Source: Nitrospirota bacterium (GTDB lineage Bacteria > Nitrospirota > UBA9217). From it: DNA of 64,000 nt. Every line of letters begins with the position of its first letter. Position 1 is the first letter of the stretch. Positions 10,029-20,473 of this stretch are shown piece after piece. Position numbers and translations under genes: made by a program. Below the pieces are notes generated by a model. It had not been told where the DNA came from. It worked only from the letters and a program-made list of their open reading frames with translations, and made no database searches. The stretch covers positions 992,001 through 1,056,000 of the forward strand of contig CAWBNQ010000001.1 in NCBI GenBank assembly GCA_963790205.1. Reading direction: 5' to 3'.

Positions 10029-10605
10029 AAGGATCAATGGCAGCCGGTCGCTGATCTGGTTGCTTGTCGCGATTTTCGCTGTTGCCGCTGCCGGGGTTTT
10101 CGTCTGGCTGCGTCTGAACGCACCGAACCCGCAGCAGAATCAGACGGCGCAGGCACCATCGTTGCTCGCGCAGCCGGCACGTCCCGCTGAGCCGCTTACC
10201 ATAACGCTCTACTATCCCGCGGACGGCGCGCTCGCAACGGGAACTGCCGCGGTCACGCGACAGCCCGACCCGCAGGCGCAGGCGCGCGAGGCGTTGGGTG
10301 CCGCGCTCGCGGACCCGCGCGTGCTGCAGACTGCGGTGTTCAGGGAACTGAAGATCAGAGAGCTCTTTCTCGACGCCTCAGGCACTGCTTATGTCGATCT
10401 CTCTTCCGCCCAGCAGAACGGCGTAACGGCATCGGCCTGGGAAGAGCTCCTGGCGATCTATTCCATGGTAAACACGCTCAGGCAGAATTTCGAGGAGATC
10501 AAGCAGGTCCGCTTTCTGCTCGAGGGCAAAGAGGCGCAGACGCTCGCGGGACATATGGACCTGTCGAGAAAGTTCGACAAGCGGATGGATCTGGTGAAGC
10601 AATAA
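10009..10605 (+). CDS. GerMN domain membrane protein
   Basis: N-terminal TM; TAYVDLS..ELLAIYSMVNTL..VRFLLEG..TLAGH. Confidence 0.88.
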   Translation: MSERIDRRINGSRSLIWLLVAIFAVAAAGVFVWLRLNAPNPQQNQTAQAPSLLAQPARPAEPLTITLYYPADGALATGTAAVTRQPDPQAQAREALGAALADPRVLQTAVFRELKIRELFLDASGTAYVDLSSAQQNGVTASAWEELLAIYSMVNTLRQNFEEIKQVRFLLEGKEAQTLAGHMDLSRKFDKRMDLVKQ

Positions 10606-10755
10606 ACCTGAGACCGGAAACCGGTCTCAGAAACTCTCAGCACCAAGCGCGAAATCCTAAATAATTATCAAATTCTCATGTGATAAAGAATTTCGGACTT
10701 ATTTTATTTGATAGTATTCAGGGTGTCGAATTCCGGATTTAGAATTTCAGGGACT

Positions 10756-11559
10756 ATGCAAAAAGCAATCGGCATATTCGATTCCGGCATCGGCGGGCTC
10801 ACGGTGCTCAAGGAGATCGTGGCGACGCTGCCCCGGGAGAACATCATCTATCTCGGGGACACGGCGCGCGTTCCCTATGGCATCCGTTCGCCCGAGACCG
10901 TCACGCGCTACAGCTTCGAGAACACGCAGTTCCTGCTTTCCCAGGAGATCAAGATGCTTGTCGTCGCCTGCAACACCGCATCGGCTGTCAGTCTCGGAGC
11001 GGTGAAGAAGGAGTACCCCCTTCCGGTCGTCGGCGTGCTCGAGCCCGGGGCGCGGGCCGCGGTGGCGGCCACGAAGACCCGGAAGGTGGGCGTGATCGGC
11101 ACGGAGGCCACGATCAACAGCGGCGCCTATGCGAAGGAGATCAAACGGCTGGCGCCCGATATCGAGGTCCATAGCCTTGCATGCCCGCTTTTCGTCTCGC
11201 TGGCCGAAGAGGGGTGGACGGACAACGACGTGGCTGCGCTCGTGGCCGGGAAGTATCTCGCGCCGCTGCGGGGCACGGGCATCGACACGCTGGTGCTCGG
11301 CTGCACGCATTATCCTTTGCTCAAGGCGGTGATCAGCAGGGCCGTGGGCCCGGAAATAGTCTTGATCGATTCGGCGACTGAAACAGCCAAAGAAGTTGCG
11401 GACGTGCTCGAAAAGCTCAAGTGGCGGGGGAACGGCCGGGGCGAGGGTTTGCGGAAATTCTACGTGACCGATTCGCCGGCGCGCTTCGAGACCATCGGAA
11501 AGCGGTTCCTCGGCGATCCCTCGCTTCGCGCCGAGCAGGTCAAGGTTGGGGGGGTGTAA
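10756..11559 (+). CDS. murI: Glutamate racemase
   Basis: IGIFDSGIGG, VACNTAS, LGCTHYP. Confidence 0.97.
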   Translation: MQKAIGIFDSGIGGLTVLKEIVATLPRENIIYLGDTARVPYGIRSPETVTRYSFENTQFLLSQEIKMLVVACNTASAVSLGAVKKEYPLPVVGVLEPGARAAVAATKTRKVGVIGTEATINSGAYAKEIKRLAPDIEVHSLACPLFVSLAEEGWTDNDVAALVAGKYLAPLRGTGIDTLVLGCTHYPLLKAVISRAVGPEIVLIDSATETAKEVADVLEKLKWRGNGRGEGLRKFYVTDSPARFETIGKRFLGDPSLRAEQVKVGGV

Positions 11560-11630
11560 TGGACCGGATGCGAATTGAACATGATCCACACCACAAGACA
11601 AGCAGTCATAAGCTTGATAAGGCGAGCTCC

Positions 11631-12497
11631 ATGAAAAAGGAATGCGCCACTACCAGGAAGTCGCTGCGCAAATACCTGCACGGACATTTGTTTAAGCTCC
11701 AGAAGATCAGGGTGGAACGGCACCTGAAGACCTGCGTGGTCTGCTCCTCCGAGTACCAGGCGCTCAAACAGGAAAGCGAAACCCGTCAGATACTGAAGGA
11801 CATTACCCCGCCCGAGGGCCTGGTACAGCAATTGAAAGAGGGCGCGTCCGCGCTGGCAAAGCTCAAGAAACTTTTGTACCGGCCGCTCTGGCTTGCGGCG
11901 ATCGTCGGCATCGTCGCCCTTGTCTCCGTAAACCTCGCGTCCCGCCACAGGGACCTGGAAATCGAGAACCTCGAGAAGTCCTTGCCGCCTCCTGCTGCGC
12001 CTTTAGCGGCGGTCGCGTCGGCGCCGACCGTGACGCATGCTGCCATGCCTGTGCAGCCGGCTCCCGTACGTCCGGCTGCGGCACCGCCATCCGCTCACAG
12101 GCCTGTTTCGGAAGCACCGGCCGTCGAACCCCTCGTGATCACGGTCACGCCTGAGAACGAACAAACCGCCATACCGCGTATCAATGAGGTCATGAGGCGG
12201 CACGGTTCGCTCCGGAAGCTCCAGTTCAGCGATACCGTTCGGGAGATTTCCGGGAGTCTGACGGGGAAAGAAATGGCTACGTTCTTTAACCGGATCGAAT
12301 CAGCCGGGAAGGTGACGTATAGCCGGAAGAAATCCGAATTTATTCAGAGCGTGCACCCCATCCCTTTTATCATGAAGCTGAAGCCCGCTTCCAAAATCGC
12401 CGGGCCGTCGTCGACCCAGGCCGCACCGATGGAGTATAAACCCGCGGAAACGTCGGCAGAGCCCGCATCAACTTCTACGCCAACGTCCCTCCCGTAA
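11631..12497 (+). CDS. zf-HC2 (anti-sigma-like zinc finger) membrane protein
   Basis: C..HLKTCVVC (HxxxCxxC), one TM, Pro/Ala linker. Confidence 0.75.
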   Translation: MKKECATTRKSLRKYLHGHLFKLQKIRVERHLKTCVVCSSEYQALKQESETRQILKDITPPEGLVQQLKEGASALAKLKKLLYRPLWLAAIVGIVALVSVNLASRHRDLEIENLEKSLPPPAAPLAAVASAPTVTHAAMPVQPAPVRPAAAPPSAHRPVSEAPAVEPLVITVTPENEQTAIPRINEVMRRHGSLRKLQFSDTVREISGSLTGKEMATFFNRIESAGKVTYSRKKSEFIQSVHPIPFIMKLKPASKIAGPSSTQAAPMEYKPAETSAEPASTSTPTSLP

Positions 12498-12544
12498 GCG
12501 ACCGGGGAGGGGAAGACAAAAAATGAAACGGATTGCATACGAGT

Positions 12545-13891
12545 ATGCCCCCTGACAGTTCATACCGGGAAACCATCGAGTATCTCTACGCGCTCCAGAA
12601 GCACGGCATCAAGCTCGCTCTTTCCAACAGCGTGACGCTCATGGAAGTCATGGGCAATCCGCACCGGAAGTTCCGCTCCGTGCATGTTGCCGGTACAAAC
12701 GGCAAAGGATCGACTTCAGCGTTCATGGCGAGCATGCTTCGCGCCGCCGGATACCGCGTCGGGCTCTACACCTCGCCGCACCTGGTCAGCTTTACCGAGC
12801 GGATCAGGATCAACAACGTGCCGATCACCGAGGCAAGGACGGTGGAGCTGGCGCAAAGAGTCCGCGAGGGGTATCAACGGCCCTCAACCGGCGGGACCGC
12901 GGCGCTCAATCCGACGTTCTTCGAGGTGACGACGGCGATGGCGTTCACCTGTTTTGCCGAAGAAGGCGTGGATATCGCCGTGGTCGAAACGGGAATGGGC
13001 GGCCGGCTCGATGCGACGAACGTGATCACGCCGCTCGTAACGGTGATCACGAACGTCGACCTCGAGCATACCGAGTTCCTCGGCGACACGCTTGAGCTGA
13101 TCGCCGGTGAGAAGGCCGGCATCATCAAGTCCGGCGTGCCCGTGGTCACCGGAGCGGTGCAGCCTGCGGTCATTCGCGTTATAATGCGCGAGGCCGCGGC
13201 CCGGCAGGCCCCGGTCTACCGGCTGCCTGACGATTTCAATTGCGAGCGTATTTCATCGGGGCGCGAGCAGCGGTTTCATTACCGCGGCATCAAGGCTGCC
13301 TGCGATGGACTTACGATCACCCTGCCCGGCAGCTATCAGGTGGACAATGCCTGTCTCGCCCTGGCCTCGATAGAATGCCTGCGCGAAACGGGCATCCCGG
13401 TCGATGAACACGCGCTGCGTTTCGGCCTCGAGCAGGCGCTATGGGAAGGCCGCTTGGAACGGGTCGCGCACAAGCCGGACCTTTATCTCGACGGAGCGCA
13501 TAATCCCGCATCGGCACGGATGCTTGCGGACGCTGTACGCGATATGAAGCGTGCATACCAACGCCTCGTCCTGGTTATCGGGATACTCGGAGACAAGGAT
13601 TACCGGGGGATCGTATCCGAGCTTGTTCCGCTTGCTGACCACGTGATCGTCACCAAGCCGGAGTATTCGAGGGCCATGGACGTCGCCGCACTCTCCTCGG
13701 AAGTGCGGACACTGCACGGTTCTGTGGAGACGGCGGAGACCGTGAGCAAGGCGATCGTTGCGGCGCAAGCAATAGCCGCTCCGGACGACCTGATCCTGAT
13801 CACCGGATCGCTGTACGTCGTGGGAGATGCCCGGGCGGCAATCGTTGAGCACGATCGAAAGGCGCAGGCACTCTCGGGCTTGAAGGGATGA
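12545..13891 (+). CDS. folC: Folylpolyglutamate/dihydrofolate synthase
   Basis: HVAGTNGKGS, YTSPHL, ETGMGGRLDATN, DGAHNP. Confidence 0.97.
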   Translation: MPPDSSYRETIEYLYALQKHGIKLALSNSVTLMEVMGNPHRKFRSVHVAGTNGKGSTSAFMASMLRAAGYRVGLYTSPHLVSFTERIRINNVPITEARTVELAQRVREGYQRPSTGGTAALNPTFFEVTTAMAFTCFAEEGVDIAVVETGMGGRLDATNVITPLVTVITNVDLEHTEFLGDTLELIAGEKAGIIKSGVPVVTGAVQPAVIRVIMREAAARQAPVYRLPDDFNCERISSGREQRFHYRGIKAACDGLTITLPGSYQVDNACLALASIECLRETGIPVDEHALRFGLEQALWEGRLERVAHKPDLYLDGAHNPASARMLADAVRDMKRAYQRLVLVIGILGDKDYRGIVSELVPLADHVIVTKPEYSRAMDVAALSSEVRTLHGSVETAETVSKAIVAAQAIAAPDDLILITGSLYVVGDARAAIVEHDRKAQALSGLKG

Positions 13892-14129
13892 GATAAGGCA
13901 ATGCCCCGGCAGAATTTGTCCGGACGGCGCTCTGCCGCGTAAAACGTAGAGCAGAGTTGAAAGCCTTCTGTACATGCGAAGCATGGTAACTGCCCAGGGA
14001 AGCTACTTCGCCCCGGCGCAAGGCGCGCTTGTTTGTACCTGTGCTCAACTCCGGCCTGAGTAATTGCGAAACATGATGGTTTTCGATTTCTAACGAGGTG
14101 ACCGGAATGCGGAGTGAAAAAGTAATGAT

Positions 14130-16181
14130 ATGACGCGCGGCACCGTGCTCATTCTGATAGTTCTTTTATTCACCGGCTTAGTGGCCGGTCTGCCCCTGCA
14201 CGCCCGCGCCGATGAAATCCCGAAGAAGATCCTCGTCACCGTGAATGCCGACAAGCTCGACTATGACCGGGCCAATGACGTGTATGTTGCCGTGGGACAC
14301 GTGCGGGTCGAACAGGAAGGGATGAGGGTAGAAGCGGACAAGATCGTCCTGAACAATAAGACCGGTGAGGCCGTGGCCGAAGGCAAGGTGTACCTCCAGG
14401 AAAAGGGGGACATTATCCGCGCCGACAAATTGCAGATCAACATCAATACCAAGTCGGGGGTAATCTACAACGGCGACCTGTTCATGAGCAAGGATAATCT
14501 GCACATCAAGGGCGAGAAGATCGAAAGGAAATCCGAGACCGAGTACCATGTGGAGAAGGGTACGTTCACGACCTGCGATGAGGGCGAGTGGTACCTCAAG
14601 GCGGACATAATCGACCTGGACATGGACCGGTATGCAACCGGCAGGGGCGTCTCGTTCAACATGGGCGGAGTCCCCGTTCTTTACACTCCCTATCTCCTCT
14701 TCCCGGTGCGGAGGCAGACCGGTCTCCTGATTCCCGAAGCCGGGTACAGCAGCAGCGAGGGGTTCCTGATGAAGAACTCCTTTTTCTGGGCCCTATCGGA
14801 CTCCCAGGACATGACCTTCTATTCGGACTATCGTGCCCGGCACGGGCTCGGTACGGGCGTTGAATATCGTTACATCAACTCCCGTGATTCCAGCGGCAAG
14901 GTCTTTTATAACTACTTCGACACCTTCAGCCGGTTCCGGGACCTCAATACCCCCGGTACCCCGAATGACCGCTGGCAGTTCTCGTTCGAGCACCATGAGG
15001 AGATCGCCGAGGACCTTTCCGTCCGGGCCGATATCAATCTGGTAAGCGATTTCTCCTACTTCACCGACATCGAGACGAAGAGTCTCGAGCTGCGGTCCCG
15101 GCCCTACCTCGACTCGAACCTTTTTTATATCGAGCGATGGGACACGTCGTCGCTCAATCTCCTGGGACAGTACGCCATTGATCTCACACAAAAAAGCAAT
15201 GAAAACACGATCCAGAAACTGCCTGAACTGCGCTACAATATTTTTGAAGAAAAAATCGCCGGACCGGTTTACTTGAACTTCGACGGCTCGGCGGCCAATT
15301 TTTCCGCGCCGGCCGGGGTGAGCGTCATGCGCGCCGATTTCAACCCCAGGCTTTCGGCAACCTTCGGCAGCGGCTTGACGTTCACGCCGCGCGCGGGCGT
15401 GCGGGCTACCTATTACGACCGGAGCCTCACTTCGTCGGAACCCGCGGAGCGCAAGTTCTATTACGCGGGCGCCGATTTGAACGCACGGTTCTCCCGCGTC
15501 TACGGCACGGACAGCGACCTGGGGATCGGGCGCGTCAGGCACTCGGTCGAGCCGAGCATCTCCTATAACTACATACCCGAGTTCGACCAGACGAGCATAC
15601 CGCAGCTGGACGTCGTCGATACCGTCACTCCGCAGAACCTCGCCAGCGTCTCGCTCATCAACCGACTGACCGCGCATTATAAAGATGCCGCGGGATCGAG
15701 GTCCTTTGACCTGATGGTATTCAGGCTTTCGGAGTCCTACGATCTCAGTAAAGCGAGGAGCGCCGATGCCGCAGCCGCGCAGCCACGCTCGGAGCTTCGC
15801 GGAGAACTCTACATTAAAACTCCTAAACTGTTGACCCTTTCGGCTATAGCGAACTATAATACTTATACCCGTGAAGTTGTTTCGTCCTCCGAGGGCGTGA
15901 GTATCGCCACCGACCCGGTGAAGTTTAATGTCACCCACCAGTATCTTCGCGAGCCGGAAACAGAATATCTGATCGGCAGCACGGATATCAAACTCGGGAA
16001 ATGGGACGTCCTCGGGCAGATATGGCGCGATCTGGTGCTGGAAAGGAACACCCAGCAGGAGTATCAACTCCACTACGCCTCCCAATGCTGGGGCCTCGGC
16101 ATCATGTACGTCGCCAAGCCGGGAGAGAAGCAGTATCTGCTGACGCTCGATCTCAAGGGGCTGGGAGCGCTGAAGTTTTAA
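14130..16181 (+). CDS. lptD: LPS-assembly protein LptD
   Basis: Signal peptide, OstA-like N-domain, FTTC, RQTGLLIP, barrel strands, SQCWG, C-terminal F. Confidence 0.9.
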   Translation: MTRGTVLILIVLLFTGLVAGLPLHARADEIPKKILVTVNADKLDYDRANDVYVAVGHVRVEQEGMRVEADKIVLNNKTGEAVAEGKVYLQEKGDIIRADKLQININTKSGVIYNGDLFMSKDNLHIKGEKIERKSETEYHVEKGTFTTCDEGEWYLKADIIDLDMDRYATGRGVSFNMGGVPVLYTPYLLFPVRRQTGLLIPEAGYSSSEGFLMKNSFFWALSDSQDMTFYSDYRARHGLGTGVEYRYINSRDSSGKVFYNYFDTFSRFRDLNTPGTPNDRWQFSFEHHEEIAEDLSVRADINLVSDFSYFTDIETKSLELRSRPYLDSNLFYIERWDTSSLNLLGQYAIDLTQKSNENTIQKLPELRYNIFEEKIAGPVYLNFDGSAANFSAPAGVSVMRADFNPRLSATFGSGLTFTPRAGVRATYYDRSLTSSEPAERKFYYAGADLNARFSRVYGTDSDLGIGRVRHSVEPSISYNYIPEFDQTSIPQLDVVDTVTPQNLASVSLINRLTAHYKDAAGSRSFDLMVFRLSESYDLSKARSADAAAAQPRSELRGELYIKTPKLLTLSAIANYNTYTREVVSSSEGVSIATDPVKFNVTHQYLREPETEYLIGSTDIKLGKWDVLGQIWRDLVLERNTQQEYQLHYASQCWGLGIMYVAKPGEKQYLLTLDLKGLGALKF

Positions 16182-16201
16182 TCGTCACTCCGGGTTGAAT
16201 T

Positions 16202-16265
16202 CCCCGCCGCTTGCGGCGTAATGGGTTTTGATACGGTTCTTAATACCCCGCTGCTTGCGGCGAGG
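16202..16265. repeat. Two REP-like hairpin units CCCCGCYGCTTGCGGCG
   Basis: Direct copies at 16202-16218 and 16246-16262; degenerate copy near 18231. Confidence 0.55.
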
Positions 16266-16337
16266 AAGTTTATTTGTTGGATAGTATCCGGTATTTTCGG
16301 TTCCGGATTATGAAAGCACGCAGTTTCAGGAGGAGAC

Positions 16338-16658
16338 ATGGCGGAGGAGATCATCGTATTGATAACGGCGAGTTCCAGCGAGGAGGCGGCAACAATTGCC
16401 GGGGCCCTCGTGAACGAGCATATTGCGGCCTGCGTGAATATCGTGCCTGAGGTGCGTTCCCTGTTTTTCTGGGAGGGAAAGACGCAGAACGCGGGCGAGG
16501 TGCTCCTCATCTGCAAGAGCAGACAGCCTCTCCTGGAAAAACTCATCGGTCGCGTGAAGGCGCTCCACTCCTATGCAGTACCCGAGGTCATTGCCCTCCC
16601 GATTATTGCTGGCTCCCGGGAGTACCTCGACTGGGTCAGGGAGAGCACAAAGGGATGA
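16338..16658 (+). CDS. cutA: Divalent-cation tolerance protein CutA
   Basis: AACVNI..FWEGK..HSYAVPEVIALPI..YLDW. Confidence 0.95.
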   Translation: MAEEIIVLITASSSEEAATIAGALVNEHIAACVNIVPEVRSLFFWEGKTQNAGEVLLICKSRQPLLEKLIGRVKALHSYAVPEVIALPIIAGSREYLDWVRESTKG

Positions 16659-16783
16659 TTCGATTGCGAATTCTTCTCACATTCCGTTCATCCCTTTTGA
16701 CGCCAACAGCTGGTAAAATATTTTTTGAATCACACAACATATTGTAAACAAATTAAATTTTTATAAAAAAATATATTATGACC

Positions 16784-16813
16784 TTGACATTGAATAAGGC
16801 TTTATGTTACGCT
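16784..16813 (+). promoter_or_regulatory. Sigma70-type promoter TTGACA-N18-TACGCT with extended TG
   Basis: AT-rich intergenic region upstream of M23 gene. Confidence 0.55.
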
Positions 16814-16846
16814 TTGTAAGTCGTATGGGCTTTTTTTGGAGGTAGG

Positions 16847-17782
16847 ATGAGGGCACGAAAGTCAAGAAATACCAAGAAAAAAGAGTACTTTACCTTCATG
16901 TTCCTGCCCGGTCCCAACGAGCGGGTCAGAACTTTAAGCATTTCCAAGTCCGTCATCAAGTCAGTTCTTATTGCTCTTGCGGCAGTAGCCGTTCTCTCAT
17001 TTTATCTTGTTTACGAATACAATGACGTGAAAGGCAAGGTGGGAGAACTGCAGTCCATGCGCGAGGAGCTCATGCAGCAGAAAGCACAGGTGCAGAACTT
17101 TGCGCTCAACCTCCTCGATTATAAGCGCCAGATGTTCCTCCTCCGCGACCTCGATACGAAACTCCGCCGTGCCGTAAGCCTCGGGCCTCGGGACAAGGCG
17201 CAGCAGGTGCTCGGCATCGGCGGCCCTGATGAGCTCGGCCTCCAGAACCTGACCGCCATGGGAGAAAAGAAGCAGGATGAGGCGCTCAAAGAAATGCATC
17301 AGGAGTTGACGCAGCTCAAGGGCGCGGCGACCAGGCAGGAGACCAGCCTCCAGATGCTTATCGAGTATTTCGAGGACAAGCGTTCGCTCTATGCCTCCAC
17401 CCCTTCGGTTTGGCCCGTCCGGGGATGGGTGACCTCGCCCTTCGGCAACAGGACCTCGCCGTTCACCGGCATTCCCACATTTCATGAAGGTATGGACATC
17501 GCCGCTCAGACCGGCACTCCCGTCGTGTCGCCCGCCGACGGAGTCGTGATAAGGGCCGGCTTTGGCACGGGATACGGAAACATGGTGGAGATCAGTCATG
17601 GCTACGGCGTCAAGACTATCTATGCCCACAATTCGCGGCTGAATGTCAAAGCGGGTCAGCGGGTCAAGCGCGGTGACGTGATCTCTTACGTGGGAGATAC
17701 CGGATCGAGCACCGGTCCTCATCTGCACTACGAAGTACGGGTGAACGGGTTGCCCGTGAATCCTGTCAGATATCTTAATTAA
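16847..17782 (+). CDS. M23 family metallopeptidase (TM, coiled coil)
   Basis: HEGMD, YAH, STGPHLHYEV. Confidence 0.93.
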   Translation: MRARKSRNTKKKEYFTFMFLPGPNERVRTLSISKSVIKSVLIALAAVAVLSFYLVYEYNDVKGKVGELQSMREELMQQKAQVQNFALNLLDYKRQMFLLRDLDTKLRRAVSLGPRDKAQQVLGIGGPDELGLQNLTAMGEKKQDEALKEMHQELTQLKGAATRQETSLQMLIEYFEDKRSLYASTPSVWPVRGWVTSPFGNRTSPFTGIPTFHEGMDIAAQTGTPVVSPADGVVIRAGFGTGYGNMVEISHGYGVKTIYAHNSRLNVKAGQRVKRGDVISYVGDTGSSTGPHLHYEVRVNGLPVNPVRYLN

Positions 17783-18007
17783 GAGGTCCCTACGGTAATC
17801 AAATCCACCCTCAATTCTATCTTGCCTATGTCTTCTCATCCTTTCTCATATAAATATAAAAGGAAATGTCTATTGGCCGGGAAAAGGGCGTGGGGGAGTG
17901 ACTGGCTCTTTCCCTTTGTACTAAAACCGTGTACCGCCATGAGGTGACCGCGATACAGAGCCGGCATCCGACGACAGCGGACACAAGTCAAGGAGGGAGT
18001 AAGCATT

Positions 18008-18220
18008 ATGTCTACCGGGAAAGTGAAGTGGTTCAACGAATCGAAGGGGTACGGTTTTATCGAGCCGGAAGGCGGCGGAAGGGACGTCTTCGTGCACTAT
18101 TCGGCGATCCAGGGAGAAGGATATAAGACGCTTTCCGAGGGGCAGTTTGTGGAGTTCGAGATCACGCAGGGTGAAAAAGGCCCTCAGGCAGCCAATGTAA
18201 TGAAAGCAGCAGCATCCTGA
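18008..18220 (+). CDS. Cold-shock protein (CspA family)
   Basis: [27 protein letters not shown]. Confidence 0.97.
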   Translation: MSTGKVKWFNESKGYGFIEPEGGGRDVFVHYSAIQGEGYKTLSEGQFVEFEITQGEKGPQAANVMKAAAS

Positions 18221-18280
18221 AAAATGATCACCCCGCAGCTCCTCCGCGAGGTTGAAAAATGTTTTAAGCGCGATAATGAC

Positions 18281-18306
18281 CCCGGGACCCCCCAGCCCGG
18301 GTTTTT
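18281..18306 (+). terminator. Intrinsic terminator after cold-shock gene
   Basis: CCCGGG stem, loop, CCCGGG, TTTTT. Confidence 0.6.
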
Positions 18307-18558
18307 ATTTGGCTCGCTCAGGCTCTGTCATGGTTCAGGTGAGAAAATTATCCAGCTCTAGCCCCGGAGTCCACCCCGCTAGCAATAGTATTATCCAACG
18401 GGGCCGGCAGAGATACGGAAAGTGAAATTCCAGATGACAAAGCCCTAAGTTCCAAGGAATATCAAAACGATAAAAATGTCTACTGGTATTTGATTTGGCA
18501 TCTGGATTTTAAAATTTAAACTCAGAATTTATCAGTAAGTATATTCCTCTGAACAAAT

Positions 18559-18591
18559 AAAAAAAAGAGGGGCTGGGGCCGCCCCTCTTTT
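18559..18591 (-). terminator. Intrinsic (possibly bidirectional) terminator
   Basis: AAAAGAGGGGC/GCCCCTCTTTT stem with A8 tract on the + strand. Confidence 0.75.
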
Positions 18592-18609
18592 GTGTCCGTT
18601 TACCGGAGC

Positions 18610-20008
18610 TTAGAACAGAACGTCGAAGGTCAGATAGAGGTCCTTCGCGTCCTTGAGCGGTGCCAGCATCTGCTGCGTTGCCGGATTCGTTGTACTCAGG
18701 TCGGAAATTTTTACCGGCGCTCCGACCCAGTTGTTGCTGCCGGTATAGTCAAACTTGTAATATTGGTAGCCGAGCCGAACGAATGCCTTGCCTTTTTTCG
18801 AAATAGGCTTTCTATTCAGCTCCTGGATGAGATAGACCTCGTAGACGCTGCCGCGGGTCCCGAGTTTGCTCGTCCAGATGTCATCGCCTGCCGGGACCAT
18901 GCCGACCCAGAACTCTGAACCCCGGTTATACTCGGCGCCGATCTTTGTGCCTGAAGAGTTGAAATCATAGCGGCCGCCCAGATACATGGCGAACCCTGTC
19001 TGCCTTTCGGCAGGGCTGCCGGCATTAAAGAGGAGGCCTGCCTGGCCGCCGCTCAACTGGCCGTTGGGATAGGCTGTGCTCTGCGCGGCAGACAAAAAGA
19101 GATTGAGACCGCCCATCTTGCCCATTGCAACGCCGCCGATCCAGTCTATGTTGCCCAGATTCGCGGATACCGGCAAGTTCTCAGTCGTATTCGCACCACC
19201 TCCTGCCGGCACCGTCATGTTGATGCCGTCAGAGGGGCGGTCGAAGATGTTCACGCCTTTTTGATATTGCAGTTCGATATGTGCATTCTCGGTGTCGATA
19301 AGCGCCATATTGATGCCGTAGAAATCGGTGTTATTGAGCGTGGCCCCGGGATCCTGAAAGCCGGTATCAAAGCCGCGGCCGTAGCAAAGCTTTGCAAACG
19401 CGCCCGGTAAGGCCTCGATATACGGAGCATAACCGAGGGTCGCACCGTCAAAAGCGTAATCAACCAGAATGTTCGGTATGCCGGCCGTCCCGATCTTTTC
19501 CCGGTCCTGCCGGATGTTGCCGGGAATGCCGCTTGTGGACGGCCGGCGTCCGATAGAGAACCAGGCGGGAGCGCCGAAAAGATTGCTTACCGTGGCATAA
19601 GCATAATCGACCCGCAGGGTGCTGTCCTGCGGCACGTGGCCTACGGTGCCGTCGTTCGTGCCTCCGAACCGGTCAGCAAAGAAATTTCCCAATGCAGCAT
19701 TGGGAGTTTCTTGGCCCCATACCTTATACATAACGAAGCGTGCTTTTACACTCACATCCTCAAGGGCATCTGCCCTTAAATTCAGTCCAAAACGGTTGAG
19801 GAGCAGGGAGCCATTTTTTACCGCATATTCAGGAGTAGCAACACCGGATGGTGTGCCATCTGCCTGTACATAATCATGCACCGTACCCCTGAGCGAGTCA
19901 AACCTGAAGCGGTAGTCGCCGCCGATCTGCAGCCAGGAAGCCTCATCAGCTGCCGCCATGCCCGGTCAGGAAAAGCATCGAGAGAACTACCGGAAGGACC
20001 TTCTTCAT
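18610..20008 (-). CDS. DUF3373-like outer-membrane beta-barrel protein; one extra base near 19962 separates the signal peptide
   Basis: GGDYRFRFDSL, SIGRRPST, WTSKLGTRG, C-terminal F; MKKVLPVVLSMLFLTG with RBS lies one frame off. Confidence 0.75.
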
Positions 20009-20140
20009 TACAGAATACCTCCTTTTAAATGTGGTGTCGTGATTCGAAAGCGTCTTAAATTAAGTCCCTGATGAACTGTTAGATTGTTGAAACTATGCGG
20101 GCAAAAAAAGAGAGGTATAAAATGTTCCGTGAAGACTTAT

Positions 20141-20473
20141 CTATACCCCGGAGATCGCTTTTTTCTTGGCGGCGTGTTGCTCGAAGAGAACTTCTTTCAT
20201 CAAGGAGCAGGCCTCGATGACCTTCGGGTTCGATACGCGGTAATAGATGTTGACCCCGGCCCTTCTCGTCGACAGAATGCCCTTATGCCGCATTACAGCA
20301 AGGTGTTGGGATACGTTGGCCTTGGACGCCCCCAGAGCGGCCACGAGTTCGGTCACGGTTTTTTCCTCGGTTCTGAGGGTATTGAGGATTTCGATGCGTT
20401 TGGGGTTGGTGAGGGTTTTGCAGATCTCAGCCTGCATTTCGAAAATCGATTTGTCGGTCAAGATGGTCTTCAT
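20141..20473 (-). CDS. ArsR/SmtB family regulator
   Basis: CKTLTNPKRIEIL..ANVSQHLAVMR..RRAGVNIYY. Confidence 0.92.
   Translation of the reverse strand: MKTILTDKSIFEMQAEICKTLTNPKRIEILNTLRTEEKTVTELVAALGASKANVSQHLAVMRHKGILSTRRAGVNIYYRVSNPKVIEACSLMKEVLFEQHAAKKKAISGV

Noticed and set aside
16732..16747. NrdR-box-like ACACAACATATTGTAA
   Set aside because: Second box weak, region AT-rich, downstream gene not nucleotide-related
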